Source: an uncultured Planctomycetia bacterium (lineage in GTDB: Bacteria > Planctomycetota > Planctomycetia > CAXEIY01). Taken from it: DNA of 64,000 nt. Shown in pieces: positions 1 to 8,354 of this stretch. The notes beneath the pieces were generated by a model that worked only from the letters and a program-made list of their open reading frames with translations, was not told the DNA's origin and made no database searches. Within the stretch, counting starts at the first letter, position 1. Each line of letters begins with the position of its first letter. Made by a program: the position numbers and the translations under genes. The DNA lies in the NCBI GenBank assembly GCA_963996245.1, contig CAXEIY010000142.1, positions 5,006 through 69,005 on the forward strand, in the 5' to 3' direction.

Positions 1-1
1 A

Positions 2-259
2 GGGCTCAAGCAATACATCGACCAACATCCCCAGGAACAATTCTTGATCCTGTATTGGGGATCTATGCCGCTTGATTTTTATGGCCTTCGTCCTAGTCAA
101 CTGCCTTCCCCCGAAAAGGCCCCTACTAATGTTTTGGTTGCCATTAGCACAACACGGCTACTAGGTATTTATGAGGAAGACCCGATAGTGTATCGCTGGC
201 TTTTACAAAAACCCACGATTGCACGGATTGGATATTCCATTCACATCTTCCGACTATGA
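2..259 (+). CDS. C-terminal fragment (5' end outside window) of a probable ArnT/PMT-like (GT39-type) membrane glycosyltransferase
   Basis: Frame is open from position 2 (GLKQYIDQHPQEQFLILYWGSMPLDFYG...VAISTTRL...IARIGYSIHIFRL*). The YxG..P..YG / AIS...L / IGYSIxIF pattern resembles C-termini of planctomycete GT39-family proteins (recalled, not searched). Confidence 0.5.
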   Translation, partial: GLKQYIDQHPQEQFLILYWGSMPLDFYGLRPSQLPSPEKAPTNVLVAISTTRLLGIYEEDPIVYRWLLQKPTIARIGYSIHIFRL

Positions 260-367
260 TAAGAAAGCACCGCTCAAGAAAGATTATCCCAACCAGGGAA
301 AGATCTTGGGCGCACATCCCGTCAACTCGTATACTTGTAAGTAGTTGACTATTCGGTGAGGTTTGCA

Positions 368-910
368 ATGGATACTGTCTTCGTTCGTCCCCAGATTTCC
401 CATCTTGTATTTCAACTTTTCGGACGTAGTCTTCACCCCGAACTGTTTGAGTTCGTCTCATCCTATCAAGTTAGGCGGGATACCTACCAGGCAACCGTTC
501 ACCTTACTGAGTGTGGGCATGTTATTAGCTGGCAGTACAACGACACGTGTTTTTGTGAAGTTACGAGCTCACAGAAACAACCTCTTCCTCGTAACCAGCG
601 GCTGATTCACTACCCTCTCCGAGGTGAACAAAACGCCGACCTTCGGAACCCGAAGGGAGCAATCTACCAGATGAACTTTCAGCTCGAACACCTGGATTCC
701 GAAGTATTCTGGTACGTCCAGAACCAGCTTTCCGAAGAACGAGTCAAACAGGGCCTTTATCATCGATTTCAAACATCCAACCGAATTACCGCTGGCCCAC
801 TAAGTATTATCCACGTAGAACCGCGTTCTCGAAGCCTGCTTGTTCAAACTTTCCACACCTTTCCGGAAGAGCACGCCATCGTCAAAACACAATCCTTGTT
901 TGAGATCTGA
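368..910 (+). CDS. DUF2617 family protein
   Basis: VRPQISHLVFQLFGRSLHPELF ... QTFHTFPEEHAIVKTQSLFEI matches the planctomycete DUF2617 pattern. ATG at 368 is preceded by GAGG. Confidence 0.75.
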   Translation: MDTVFVRPQISHLVFQLFGRSLHPELFEFVSSYQVRRDTYQATVHLTECGHVISWQYNDTCFCEVTSSQKQPLPRNQRLIHYPLRGEQNADLRNPKGAIYQMNFQLEHLDSEVFWYVQNQLSEERVKQGLYHRFQTSNRITAGPLSIIHVEPRSRSLLVQTFHTFPEEHAIVKTQSLFEI

Positions 911-1104
911 ATCTCACGTGGTAGCGTTTTTATGGTTGCCAGAGGTTCTTCACAGAACATCTGCCTTATATGTCTTACTTCCATCCTTTCCAGGATAACC
1001 GTATTTCCTGTACCGAATCGAGTGAGCGGTAAAGGTAAATAACGGTTAACCCAAGACACACTGACTAAATGCCCTCTATCCCAGGATTTCCATCTCGGAA
1101 CAAG

Positions 1105-1644
1105 CTACTGGCTCCCGCCGGAAGTCAGTCCTTTACCAGCCTCTCTAACCAGATGTCCAAGTTCCGGAAGAATGATCTTTGTCATTGCAAGCTGAACTGC
1201 GCCGCGTGATCCCGGCATGGATAAAACAACCGTGGTTCCAATCAGGCCTCCTATGGCACGACTTAACAAAGAGGCGGAACCAATCTCCTCGTAGCTCAAC
1301 ATACGAAACAGTTCCCCAAAACCCGGAATAACACGATCTAACAGTCCCAAGATACATTCGTACGTCTGATCACGCGGACTGATACCAGTACCGCCGGTGA
1401 GCAAAATAGCATCAATATTCGATTGTCTGGCGAGGCTTTCCAGTAAGGAGCCTAACCGTTCCGGGTCATCCGGAATCAACTTTCTCTCCACGCATAGATA
1501 CTGCTTCTGTTGAAGTAATTTCATTATCTCCAATCCAGAAGTATCTGTTTCAAGCGTACGGGTATCACTAAGGGTCACCACGGCGCAACGAATCAGGGAA
1601 GGTGCCCCATCACGATGTTCATCAACACTACTGATTGAACTCAT
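1105..1644 (-). CDS. moaB: Molybdenum cofactor biosynthesis protein MoaB/MogA family
   Basis: Motifs VTLSDTR, DTSG, IPDD, TGGTGISPRDQT, PGFGELFR, SRA, MPGS. Confidence 0.9.
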   Translation of the reverse strand: MSSISSVDEHRDGAPSLIRCAVVTLSDTRTLETDTSGLEIMKLLQQKQYLCVERKLIPDDPERLGSLLESLARQSNIDAILLTGGTGISPRDQTYECILGLLDRVIPGFGELFRMLSYEEIGSASLLSRAIGGLIGTTVVLSMPGSRGAVQLAMTKIILPELGHLVREAGKGLTSGGSQ

Positions 1645-1789
1645 TGCCCTTTTTCCTTCTCCAAAAAAACATGACCACTTTTGGCAAACTCAATTCACTT
1701 TCACTTTTGCTACCGTTACATTGATGATCGAGTCGACACAAAATAAGATATCGGTTCGACAACTGTCACCACAAGGCAGAGATCCTCAA

Positions 1790-3037
1790 ATGCTTTTTCG
1801 ATTATCGCTTCTGCTACTATGTCTCGTCGTTTGTCGCTCCTCAAACGGGGAAATTATCCTCTTGAAAAATGGTGGCGAATTATTGGGTATGGTTTCGGAC
1901 AAACAATCCTCGGACACCCTTCTCAAGATTCGAACGATCTCAGGTGGTCTGCTGATCATCCCAAGAAACCAGATTGCCCAAATTGTACCACGCAACAGGC
2001 ATGAACGAGCGTATTACACACAACGTGATAAAACCCCAGACACCATTGAAGGACACCTCGAATTAGCACTGTGGTGCAGTGATAAGGATCTTCGTCAATA
2101 CCGACGGGCACATCTAATACAGATTATCAGAAAAAACCCAGACCACCGTAAAGCGCGTATCCTGCTCGGCTACGCGAGATATCAGGGACAATGGTTGACC
2201 CGTGAGCAACGCATGCGTGCACGTGGATATCAGCGATACAGAGGACGCTGGCGATTACCACAATCAATCGCAATTCACCAGCAAAGAGAACAAAACAAAT
2301 GGTACCAGCCGATTCAAACATGGGTCCGAGCTATCAAGGGGCCCGATACACGTCAAGCCAGAATAGCTCTTGGAAAAATAAGAAAGCTTAGTGATCCTGA
2401 TTCACTCCCGGCACTGCATCGCTTTCTTTCAAAAGATCCTGCGATCCAAATCAGAATCCTGTATATCGAAACTCTTTTCCAGATTCACACACCGCTGGCT
2501 ATCGATTTGATGGTAACGCAATCATTACTTGACGACAGTATGCAAATCCATTCCATCGTCACCTCACATTTCGCAATACACCATGATCCCGATCCTGTCA
2601 CACTCTACACCGAAAACCTTACTCATGAAAACACCCGTGTGGTTCAGAGGTCTGCGGACGCACTTGGCAAAATTGGTGACGCCCAGAGTGTAACGGCTTT
2701 GATTCGTGTGTTGGTAGACTCACCGTCACGGTCTGAAGTATCAGAATCCACGATTGAACAACCCCCTTCAAAAAGGGAACGTTCTACCACCCCTTCACTC
2801 GATCCTCTGATCTCAAATCATGACGGAACAGATGCGACTCCCTCCCCAAAAGCGCCCCTTCCAGGTGTTGTCGATGAAGGGCCCGTGACTGGAAACCCCG
2901 ACATTCTGGCCGCTCTGGAAACTCTCACCGGAGAAAATTTTCATTATGACCCAAAATTGTGGTTCCAGTGGTGGAACAACATTAAAGACCAGGAAGGTCA
3001 TATCAAAATGCACCGTCAGACAGATGCATTGAAATGA
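1790..3037 (+). CDS. Exported HEAT-repeat protein (planctomycete-type)
   Basis: Signal peptide MLFRLSLLLLCLVVCRSSNG, then IILLKNGGELLG, LALWC...PDHRKARILLGY...G.W motif, HEAT-like RSADALGKIGDAQSVTALIRVL, and NPDILAALETLTGENFHYD..WW. The ORF track starts at 1721; ATG 1790 is preferred. Confidence 0.7.
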   Translation: MLFRLSLLLLCLVVCRSSNGEIILLKNGGELLGMVSDKQSSDTLLKIRTISGGLLIIPRNQIAQIVPRNRHERAYYTQRDKTPDTIEGHLELALWCSDKDLRQYRRAHLIQIIRKNPDHRKARILLGYARYQGQWLTREQRMRARGYQRYRGRWRLPQSIAIHQQREQNKWYQPIQTWVRAIKGPDTRQARIALGKIRKLSDPDSLPALHRFLSKDPAIQIRILYIETLFQIHTPLAIDLMVTQSLLDDSMQIHSIVTSHFAIHHDPDPVTLYTENLTHENTRVVQRSADALGKIGDAQSVTALIRVLVDSPSRSEVSESTIEQPPSKRERSTTPSLDPLISNHDGTDATPSPKAPLPGVVDEGPVTGNPDILAALETLTGENFHYDPKLWFQWWNNIKDQEGHIKMHRQTDALK

Positions 3038-3147
3038 CAGGAACACTCTGGGGACACTCTGACCTCTACCGACAGTGACAGTCCCTGTTTTCGTAGTGAC
3101 CGAACCGAAAAGAACTCACGACGACGCTTTTGAAAAACCATGCTCGA

Positions 3148-5079
3148 TTAGATAGTTTCGTTATTTTCATTAATGGGGGCCATTACGAGTTTGCGTGTAT
3201 TCACATCCCATATGCGAACACATCCATCATCACTGCCACATGCCAGCCAGTGACCATTGGAAGAAAATCGGATTTGCGTCGGTCTTTGACACTCTGCCGG
3301 TAACGGACTGCCCAGTGACTCGCCTGTCTGGGCATCCCAAAAATAAATCATGCCATCAAACCCCGAAGAGGCTAGAAGCTTGCTGGACGGGTGAAATGTA
3401 ACGCATCGAACATACTCTGTATGGCCCCGCAATGGATCGCCAATCGGTTCACCCGTCTGTCCATCCCAAAGACGAACGGTTTGATCGTTGCTTGCCGAAG
3501 CCAGCAACCTTCCGTCCGGACTGAATTCAACCCATCGAAGCCAGTCATCGTGCCCTTCCATCACAACCCTGACTTGCTGATTCGACACATCCCATAAACA
3601 GAGCGTGTTATCCTTACTGGCCGAAACAAGAGAAGTACCGTCAGGATGGAATGCAAGTGAACGCACATGATAGCCATGGCCTTCCATCGGACCGCCTATG
3701 GCTTCCCCGGTTCGAGAATTCCATAAGCGCACGGTCATGTCTCGGCTACAGGAAGCCAACAGATCCCCTCCGGGACTGAAGACCACTTGAATCACTTCAT
3801 CGGTATGACCCACCATAGCGTTTCCAATAGGACGATCCTGATCAAGATCCCAACGGCGTACGGTATGGTCAAAACCTGATGACGCAAGGATGCGTTCGTC
3901 AGGGCTTAAAGACAACGAAAGAACACTGCGGTAATGGCCCACAAATGCGGACCTCTGCAATCCACCTTTTTCGAAATCCCAGGAAAAAATAAGGCCATTC
4001 CGCCGCGAGTAATAAAGAGTCTTCCCATCACTGGAAAAAACAACTGCCAAGACAACGGCACTGTAGTCTTTACTGGAAAATGGATATTGATAACGTTCGT
4101 TTAAATTCCAAAACCGAACCGTCCCATCCCAACCAGCTGAAACCAGTTCCTGACCCTCAGGATGAAAAGAAACAGCATACACCGGTCCAATGTGTCCCAC
4201 CAACGGACTGTCCTGTGCCTGACCGTCGCTCGTATTCCAGATCTGAACAACGCCATCCCAACCTGAACTGGCCAACTGTTTTCCATCACGGCTAAAAGCC
4301 ACAGAAAGCACAAAATCCGTGTGTCCTTTAAAAGGAGGACCTGCAGGTAACTGACTTTCCAGATCCCAAACTTGAATCGCTCCCTGATGACTGGCCGACG
4401 CAATCTGCTGGCCACAAGGGCTGAAACTGATAGCGTGTTTTGCACCGGGACGTCTCTCCGTAGAATCCGAAATCATTCCTTCCATCGTTCCACAGTGTTT
4501 TCCGGTTTCTGTCTCCCAAAGATCGATCTGCCCCTGTGAACTGATCGAAGCTATTCGACGTCCATCCGGACTGAACTGAACTGCGTTGACAGCCCCTTCT
4601 GCCACGTGCAGGCTATCCTGCTTGCAAACGTTAAAACCGATATCCGATGCAGTGATACTCCAAAGGCATATTACACCGTCCTGGCCTCCGGAAATCATAC
4701 GGTTCCCATCCGGTGAAATAGCAACACCAAAAACATCACCTTGATGAGCCTGAAGTTCAGAAAATACTTCTACTCCCTGATCAATGTCCCAAATGCGGAC
4801 ACTTCCATCACGACTCGCCGATGCCACATGTTTACCGTCCGGGTGAAAAACAACACAATGAACATGTCCCTTAAAACCATCGTGCCCCACAAGCGGATCA
4901 CCTTGGGGTAACCGGGTTAATCCGTTCCAAACCTGAATAGTGCCGTCACGGTGCCCCGATACAACACAGGTTCCACACGGACTGTATGCTACACACTGGA
5001 CCCTGCCATGCCCTTCTTCTTTCGCACGTCCCTTCTTGTTTCCGGAACCAGAACCCTTTCGCTTTCCTGTTCCATTCAC
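3148..5079 (-). CDS. WD40 repeat protein, 14 repeats (predicted double beta-propeller)
   Basis: Fourteen GH...V..V.F.P.G..L.S...D..V..WD units counted in the translation. Confidence 0.9.
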   Translation of the reverse strand: MNGTGKRKGSGSGNKKGRAKEEGHGRVQCVAYSPCGTCVVSGHRDGTIQVWNGLTRLPQGDPLVGHDGFKGHVHCVVFHPDGKHVASASRDGSVRIWDIDQGVEVFSELQAHQGDVFGVAISPDGNRMISGGQDGVICLWSITASDIGFNVCKQDSLHVAEGAVNAVQFSPDGRRIASISSQGQIDLWETETGKHCGTMEGMISDSTERRPGAKHAISFSPCGQQIASASHQGAIQVWDLESQLPAGPPFKGHTDFVLSVAFSRDGKQLASSGWDGVVQIWNTSDGQAQDSPLVGHIGPVYAVSFHPEGQELVSAGWDGTVRFWNLNERYQYPFSSKDYSAVVLAVVFSSDGKTLYYSRRNGLIFSWDFEKGGLQRSAFVGHYRSVLSLSLSPDERILASSGFDHTVRRWDLDQDRPIGNAMVGHTDEVIQVVFSPGGDLLASCSRDMTVRLWNSRTGEAIGGPMEGHGYHVRSLAFHPDGTSLVSASKDNTLCLWDVSNQQVRVVMEGHDDWLRWVEFSPDGRLLASASNDQTVRLWDGQTGEPIGDPLRGHTEYVRCVTFHPSSKLLASSGFDGMIYFWDAQTGESLGSPLPAECQRPTQIRFSSNGHWLACGSDDGCVRIWDVNTRKLVMAPINENNETI

Positions 5080-5618
5080 AGCACACCCACCTTTGCTTAC
5101 AAAGGGTATTACTTAACTGTCACTGACATCACACTTAAGAATACTCCTGCCTCACTCTCTCGACTACGGTTTAAATCCTTTATCAGATGCTCTACCCAAT
5201 CTCACATTGCTTACTGCCTTACGCATCTTTACTGATTCTGAAGAGTGAAAGTTTACATCAACTCTGCTACATCCGTATCTTACCCGGTCAGCATGAATCC
5301 TGAAGACGGGATCCTGGAAAAATAATTATGGTGATCACAAAAGAAGGACCGATGAACTAAATCAGCACGTTCATATGTTTTTAAGCATTGCGTGTTCGGT
5401 TCACCGAGCATAGTGAAAATCGGCAACCTGAATTCATTATTACCATTACAACGATTGTAATAGCTGGCTAGGGCATGTGCCTCCTTACGGAAAAACAAAC
5501 ACTCACCTGTAGCAGTTATTTCACGCTCTTTTTTGCCAGACCCCATACGACAACAACCCTTCAAAAAAAACTCGTTCTTTCATAGAAGCGAGACGGAATA
5601 CAGAAAAGGTTTCCTGCC

Positions 5619-6830
5619 ATGCATATTCTATTTGTCCACCAGAATTTTCCCGCACAATTCGGGCATGTCGCACACTACCTAGTGGAAAACCATGGTTTTC
5701 AGTGCACCTTTGTTTCTCAGCGACCCGAAGGTAACGTGGGAGGGATAAGAAAAATCCAGTATCACCTTAAAGGAGGAGCAACTGCTAAAACGCATTATTG
5801 CGCTCGAAGTTTCGAAAATGCGGTTGCCCACACCCATGGTGTTTTCGAAGCCTGTGAAAAAAATCGTGACCTACAGCCGGATCTCATTGTCGGACACAGT
5901 GGATTCGGTTCCACTCTTTTTCTGCGTGAGCTGTATGATTGTCCCATTATCAATTACTTCGAATACTTCTATCGTGCCCATGGCAGTGACCTCGATTTCC
6001 GCCCTGAGTTTCCGTCTGGTCCTCTGGATACACTGCGATCGTACTGTCGCAATGCAACCCTGCTGCTTGACCTGGAGAATTGCACACATGGATACAGCCC
6101 TACCCATTGGCAAAAAAATCTGATTCCCCAGTCTTATACCGATAAAGTCGATGTTATCTTCGACGGCGTAGATACAGAAATCTGGCAGCCATGGGAATCT
6201 GTTCCTCGCATGGTTGGTCCTAGAAAAATTGATCCGGACACGCGTATCGTTACCTATGTTTCGCGTGGCATGGAAAGTATGCGAGGTTTTGACATCTTCA
6301 TGAAGGTTGCCAAACGTATCTATGAAAACAATCCCAACGTGATCTTTGCTGTAGTGGGAGCTGAACGGACGGCCTATGGGGGTGACCTGAAACATATCAA
6401 GGAAGACAGTTTCAAAGAATACGTCTTCAATCAGGATAACTACAATCTCGAAAAGTTCTGTTTTTTAGGCAATGTACAGCCCCGTTCACTGGCACGCCTT
6501 CTTTCCATAAGTGATCTGCATATCTATCTCACCGTTCCTTTCGTCCTCTCCTGGTCCCTGTTTGACGCCCTCGCTTGCGGATGTAAGGTGGTCGCATCCA
6601 ACACAGACCCCGTTCGTGAACTGGTCACACACGAAGAAAACGGTTTACTGGCCGATTTTTATGATATCGACGGTCTGACTGACCTGGCCCTTGGCGTTCT
6701 TGACAATCCCGAGGATCACGCCCACCTCGGAAAGGCCGGTGTTGATATTATCCGTGAAAAATATTCACTCGAACAGATGCTTCCTAAAATGCTCGACCTC
6801 TATGAGCGTGTTACCAGCATGGAATCGTAG
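5619..6830 (+). CDS. Glycosyltransferase family 4 (HQNFPAQF / DUF3495-type)
   Basis: Motifs LFVHQNFPAQF, PDLIVGHSGFG, TYVSRGMESMRGFDIF, YLTVPFVLSWSLFDALACG. Confidence 0.85.
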   Translation: MHILFVHQNFPAQFGHVAHYLVENHGFQCTFVSQRPEGNVGGIRKIQYHLKGGATAKTHYCARSFENAVAHTHGVFEACEKNRDLQPDLIVGHSGFGSTLFLRELYDCPIINYFEYFYRAHGSDLDFRPEFPSGPLDTLRSYCRNATLLLDLENCTHGYSPTHWQKNLIPQSYTDKVDVIFDGVDTEIWQPWESVPRMVGPRKIDPDTRIVTYVSRGMESMRGFDIFMKVAKRIYENNPNVIFAVVGAERTAYGGDLKHIKEDSFKEYVFNQDNYNLEKFCFLGNVQPRSLARLLSISDLHIYLTVPFVLSWSLFDALACGCKVVASNTDPVRELVTHEENGLLADFYDIDGLTDLALGVLDNPEDHAHLGKAGVDIIREKYSLEQMLPKMLDLYERVTSMES

Positions 6831-7311
6831 TGTGCCAGCTCACGTTCTTTCACAACTATTCTGCGCAACCCTACTATTTACTCTGTAACTGACAGTAAGT
6901 AGTGGATGCATACTGCATGGTATTGCAGCAATGACATTTTTACGCAGTACCTGTGCTTATCGTCTTCTTTCCATCACCAGGTGAGTCGCAATCTACCAAG
7001 GATCCTTTTCCCGATTTTCATTTACACACCTGTGCACAACAAAACCGAAGATCCTGTTATTGCCCATTTAATTTTCCCCAATCTGTGAAATAGGCCGGTG
7101 TGCCGATACTCACACAATGATTGGTCATATTCACCGAATCTCTCTGGCTCCTTCTTAGCCGCAAACGATTGCAAAAATAAAAACACCATTCTCATTTCAT
7201 CAAATCGTTTTATCATGGTGCAAGCGGTCGATAACCTAATTCGACCTCTGTCGGTAGTATCCTTAATTTGACCTTCACATATGATCTGTCATACAAAGGT
7301 GTTCCAAAATT

Positions 7312-8166
7312 ATGGTCATTTCTTCAATGATAAGTAATACACTCGTCCTCGCTTTGCTGATAAATGATCTGCCGTCATCCTCATCTCAAATACAAAGAGA
7401 AGTCCCTTTACCATCTTCCATTACAGATGAAACTATGAAACTACTTACCCTTTTCCGCAAGGAGTTCGTACCTGTCACTCCCGGAACCGACCCTTTTCCC
7501 GCACGATTTATCATGGGGCGTGATGACGGTCCGTTAGAAGAAAAACCAGCTCACCAAGTTCAGTTTGCCTCGGCGTTTGAAATAGCACGCTATGAAGTCC
7601 CCCAAAACCTTTGGGAAAACATCATGGGAAACAATCCCTCAAAATGGAAAGGACCTCGTAATTCAGTTGAAATGATCAGTTACGACGATGCGCTTCGTTT
7701 CTGTGAGAAAGTGACCACCGTAATGCGACAAGCCAAACTGATTCGTCCTACCCAGCTGGTACGTCTACCCACTGAATCAGAATGGGAATATTGTGCGCGT
7801 GCCGGCACCACAACACGTTATAGCTTTGGTGACGATGCCCAAGCACTGGACAAATTCGGGTGGTATCGAGGCAACGCAGCCGGCAATGACCCTCCGGTAG
7901 GTGCCAAGCAACCCAATCCGTGGCATCTTTATGACATACATGGTTACCTCTGGGAATGGTGTCTTGATTCTTTTCACGAAGACTATGCTGAGGCCCCTGC
8001 CGATGGTTCCGCGTGGCTTTCAAAATCAGATCTCCCACACGTGTTGAGAGGAGGCAGCTGGAAAGATCCTGCGGAACGCCTGACATCGAGCTATCGAAGG
8101 GCTGCTTCAAAAAACCTGCTCGATGATGCCGTCGGTTTACGTTGTATTCTCGCTACGGAGCCATGA
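7312..8166 (+). CDS. Formylglycine-generating enzyme (SUMF1/FGE-sulfatase) domain protein, probably non-catalytic
   Basis: Motifs RLPTESEWEYCARAG, PNPWHLYDIHGYLWEWC, RGGSW. The catalytic CxxxxC of true FGE is absent. Confidence 0.85.
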   Translation: MVISSMISNTLVLALLINDLPSSSSQIQREVPLPSSITDETMKLLTLFRKEFVPVTPGTDPFPARFIMGRDDGPLEEKPAHQVQFASAFEIARYEVPQNLWENIMGNNPSKWKGPRNSVEMISYDDALRFCEKVTTVMRQAKLIRPTQLVRLPTESEWEYCARAGTTTRYSFGDDAQALDKFGWYRGNAAGNDPPVGAKQPNPWHLYDIHGYLWEWCLDSFHEDYAEAPADGSAWLSKSDLPHVLRGGSWKDPAERLTSSYRRAASKNLLDDAVGLRCILATEP

Positions 8167-8354
8167 CACCTAAACAGCCTATCAGAGCCAGTACGTCGGT
8201 ACGTTGACAAACACAGCACCCTCTTTTGTCAGCACCCAGCGCTGACTCTTGTTGATGCCCACATTTACCATGAGCTATTTTTCCTTTAGCTCATTTCTAT
8301 TTCGTGCAATTTGTATTCCTGACAAATTGCATACCGTACTCCGCTTACAATAAG

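Noticed and set aside
908-1042. Possible UGA (selenocysteine) read-through of DUF2617: 43 further open codons including CLIC, with a weak hairpin after the UGA
   Set aside because: The protein already ends at the family-typical KTQSLFEx terminus. The hairpin is G.U-rich and only loosely SECIS-like, and 43 open codons can occur by chance.
4951-5564. 94-aa ORFs in the WD40-GT4 intergenic gap
   Set aside because: No RBS, family motifs or protein-like composition.
7312-8166. FGE-domain gene as a sulfatase-maturation or DGR target gene
   Set aside because: It lacks the catalytic cysteines. No template repeat or reverse transcriptase is present in the window.
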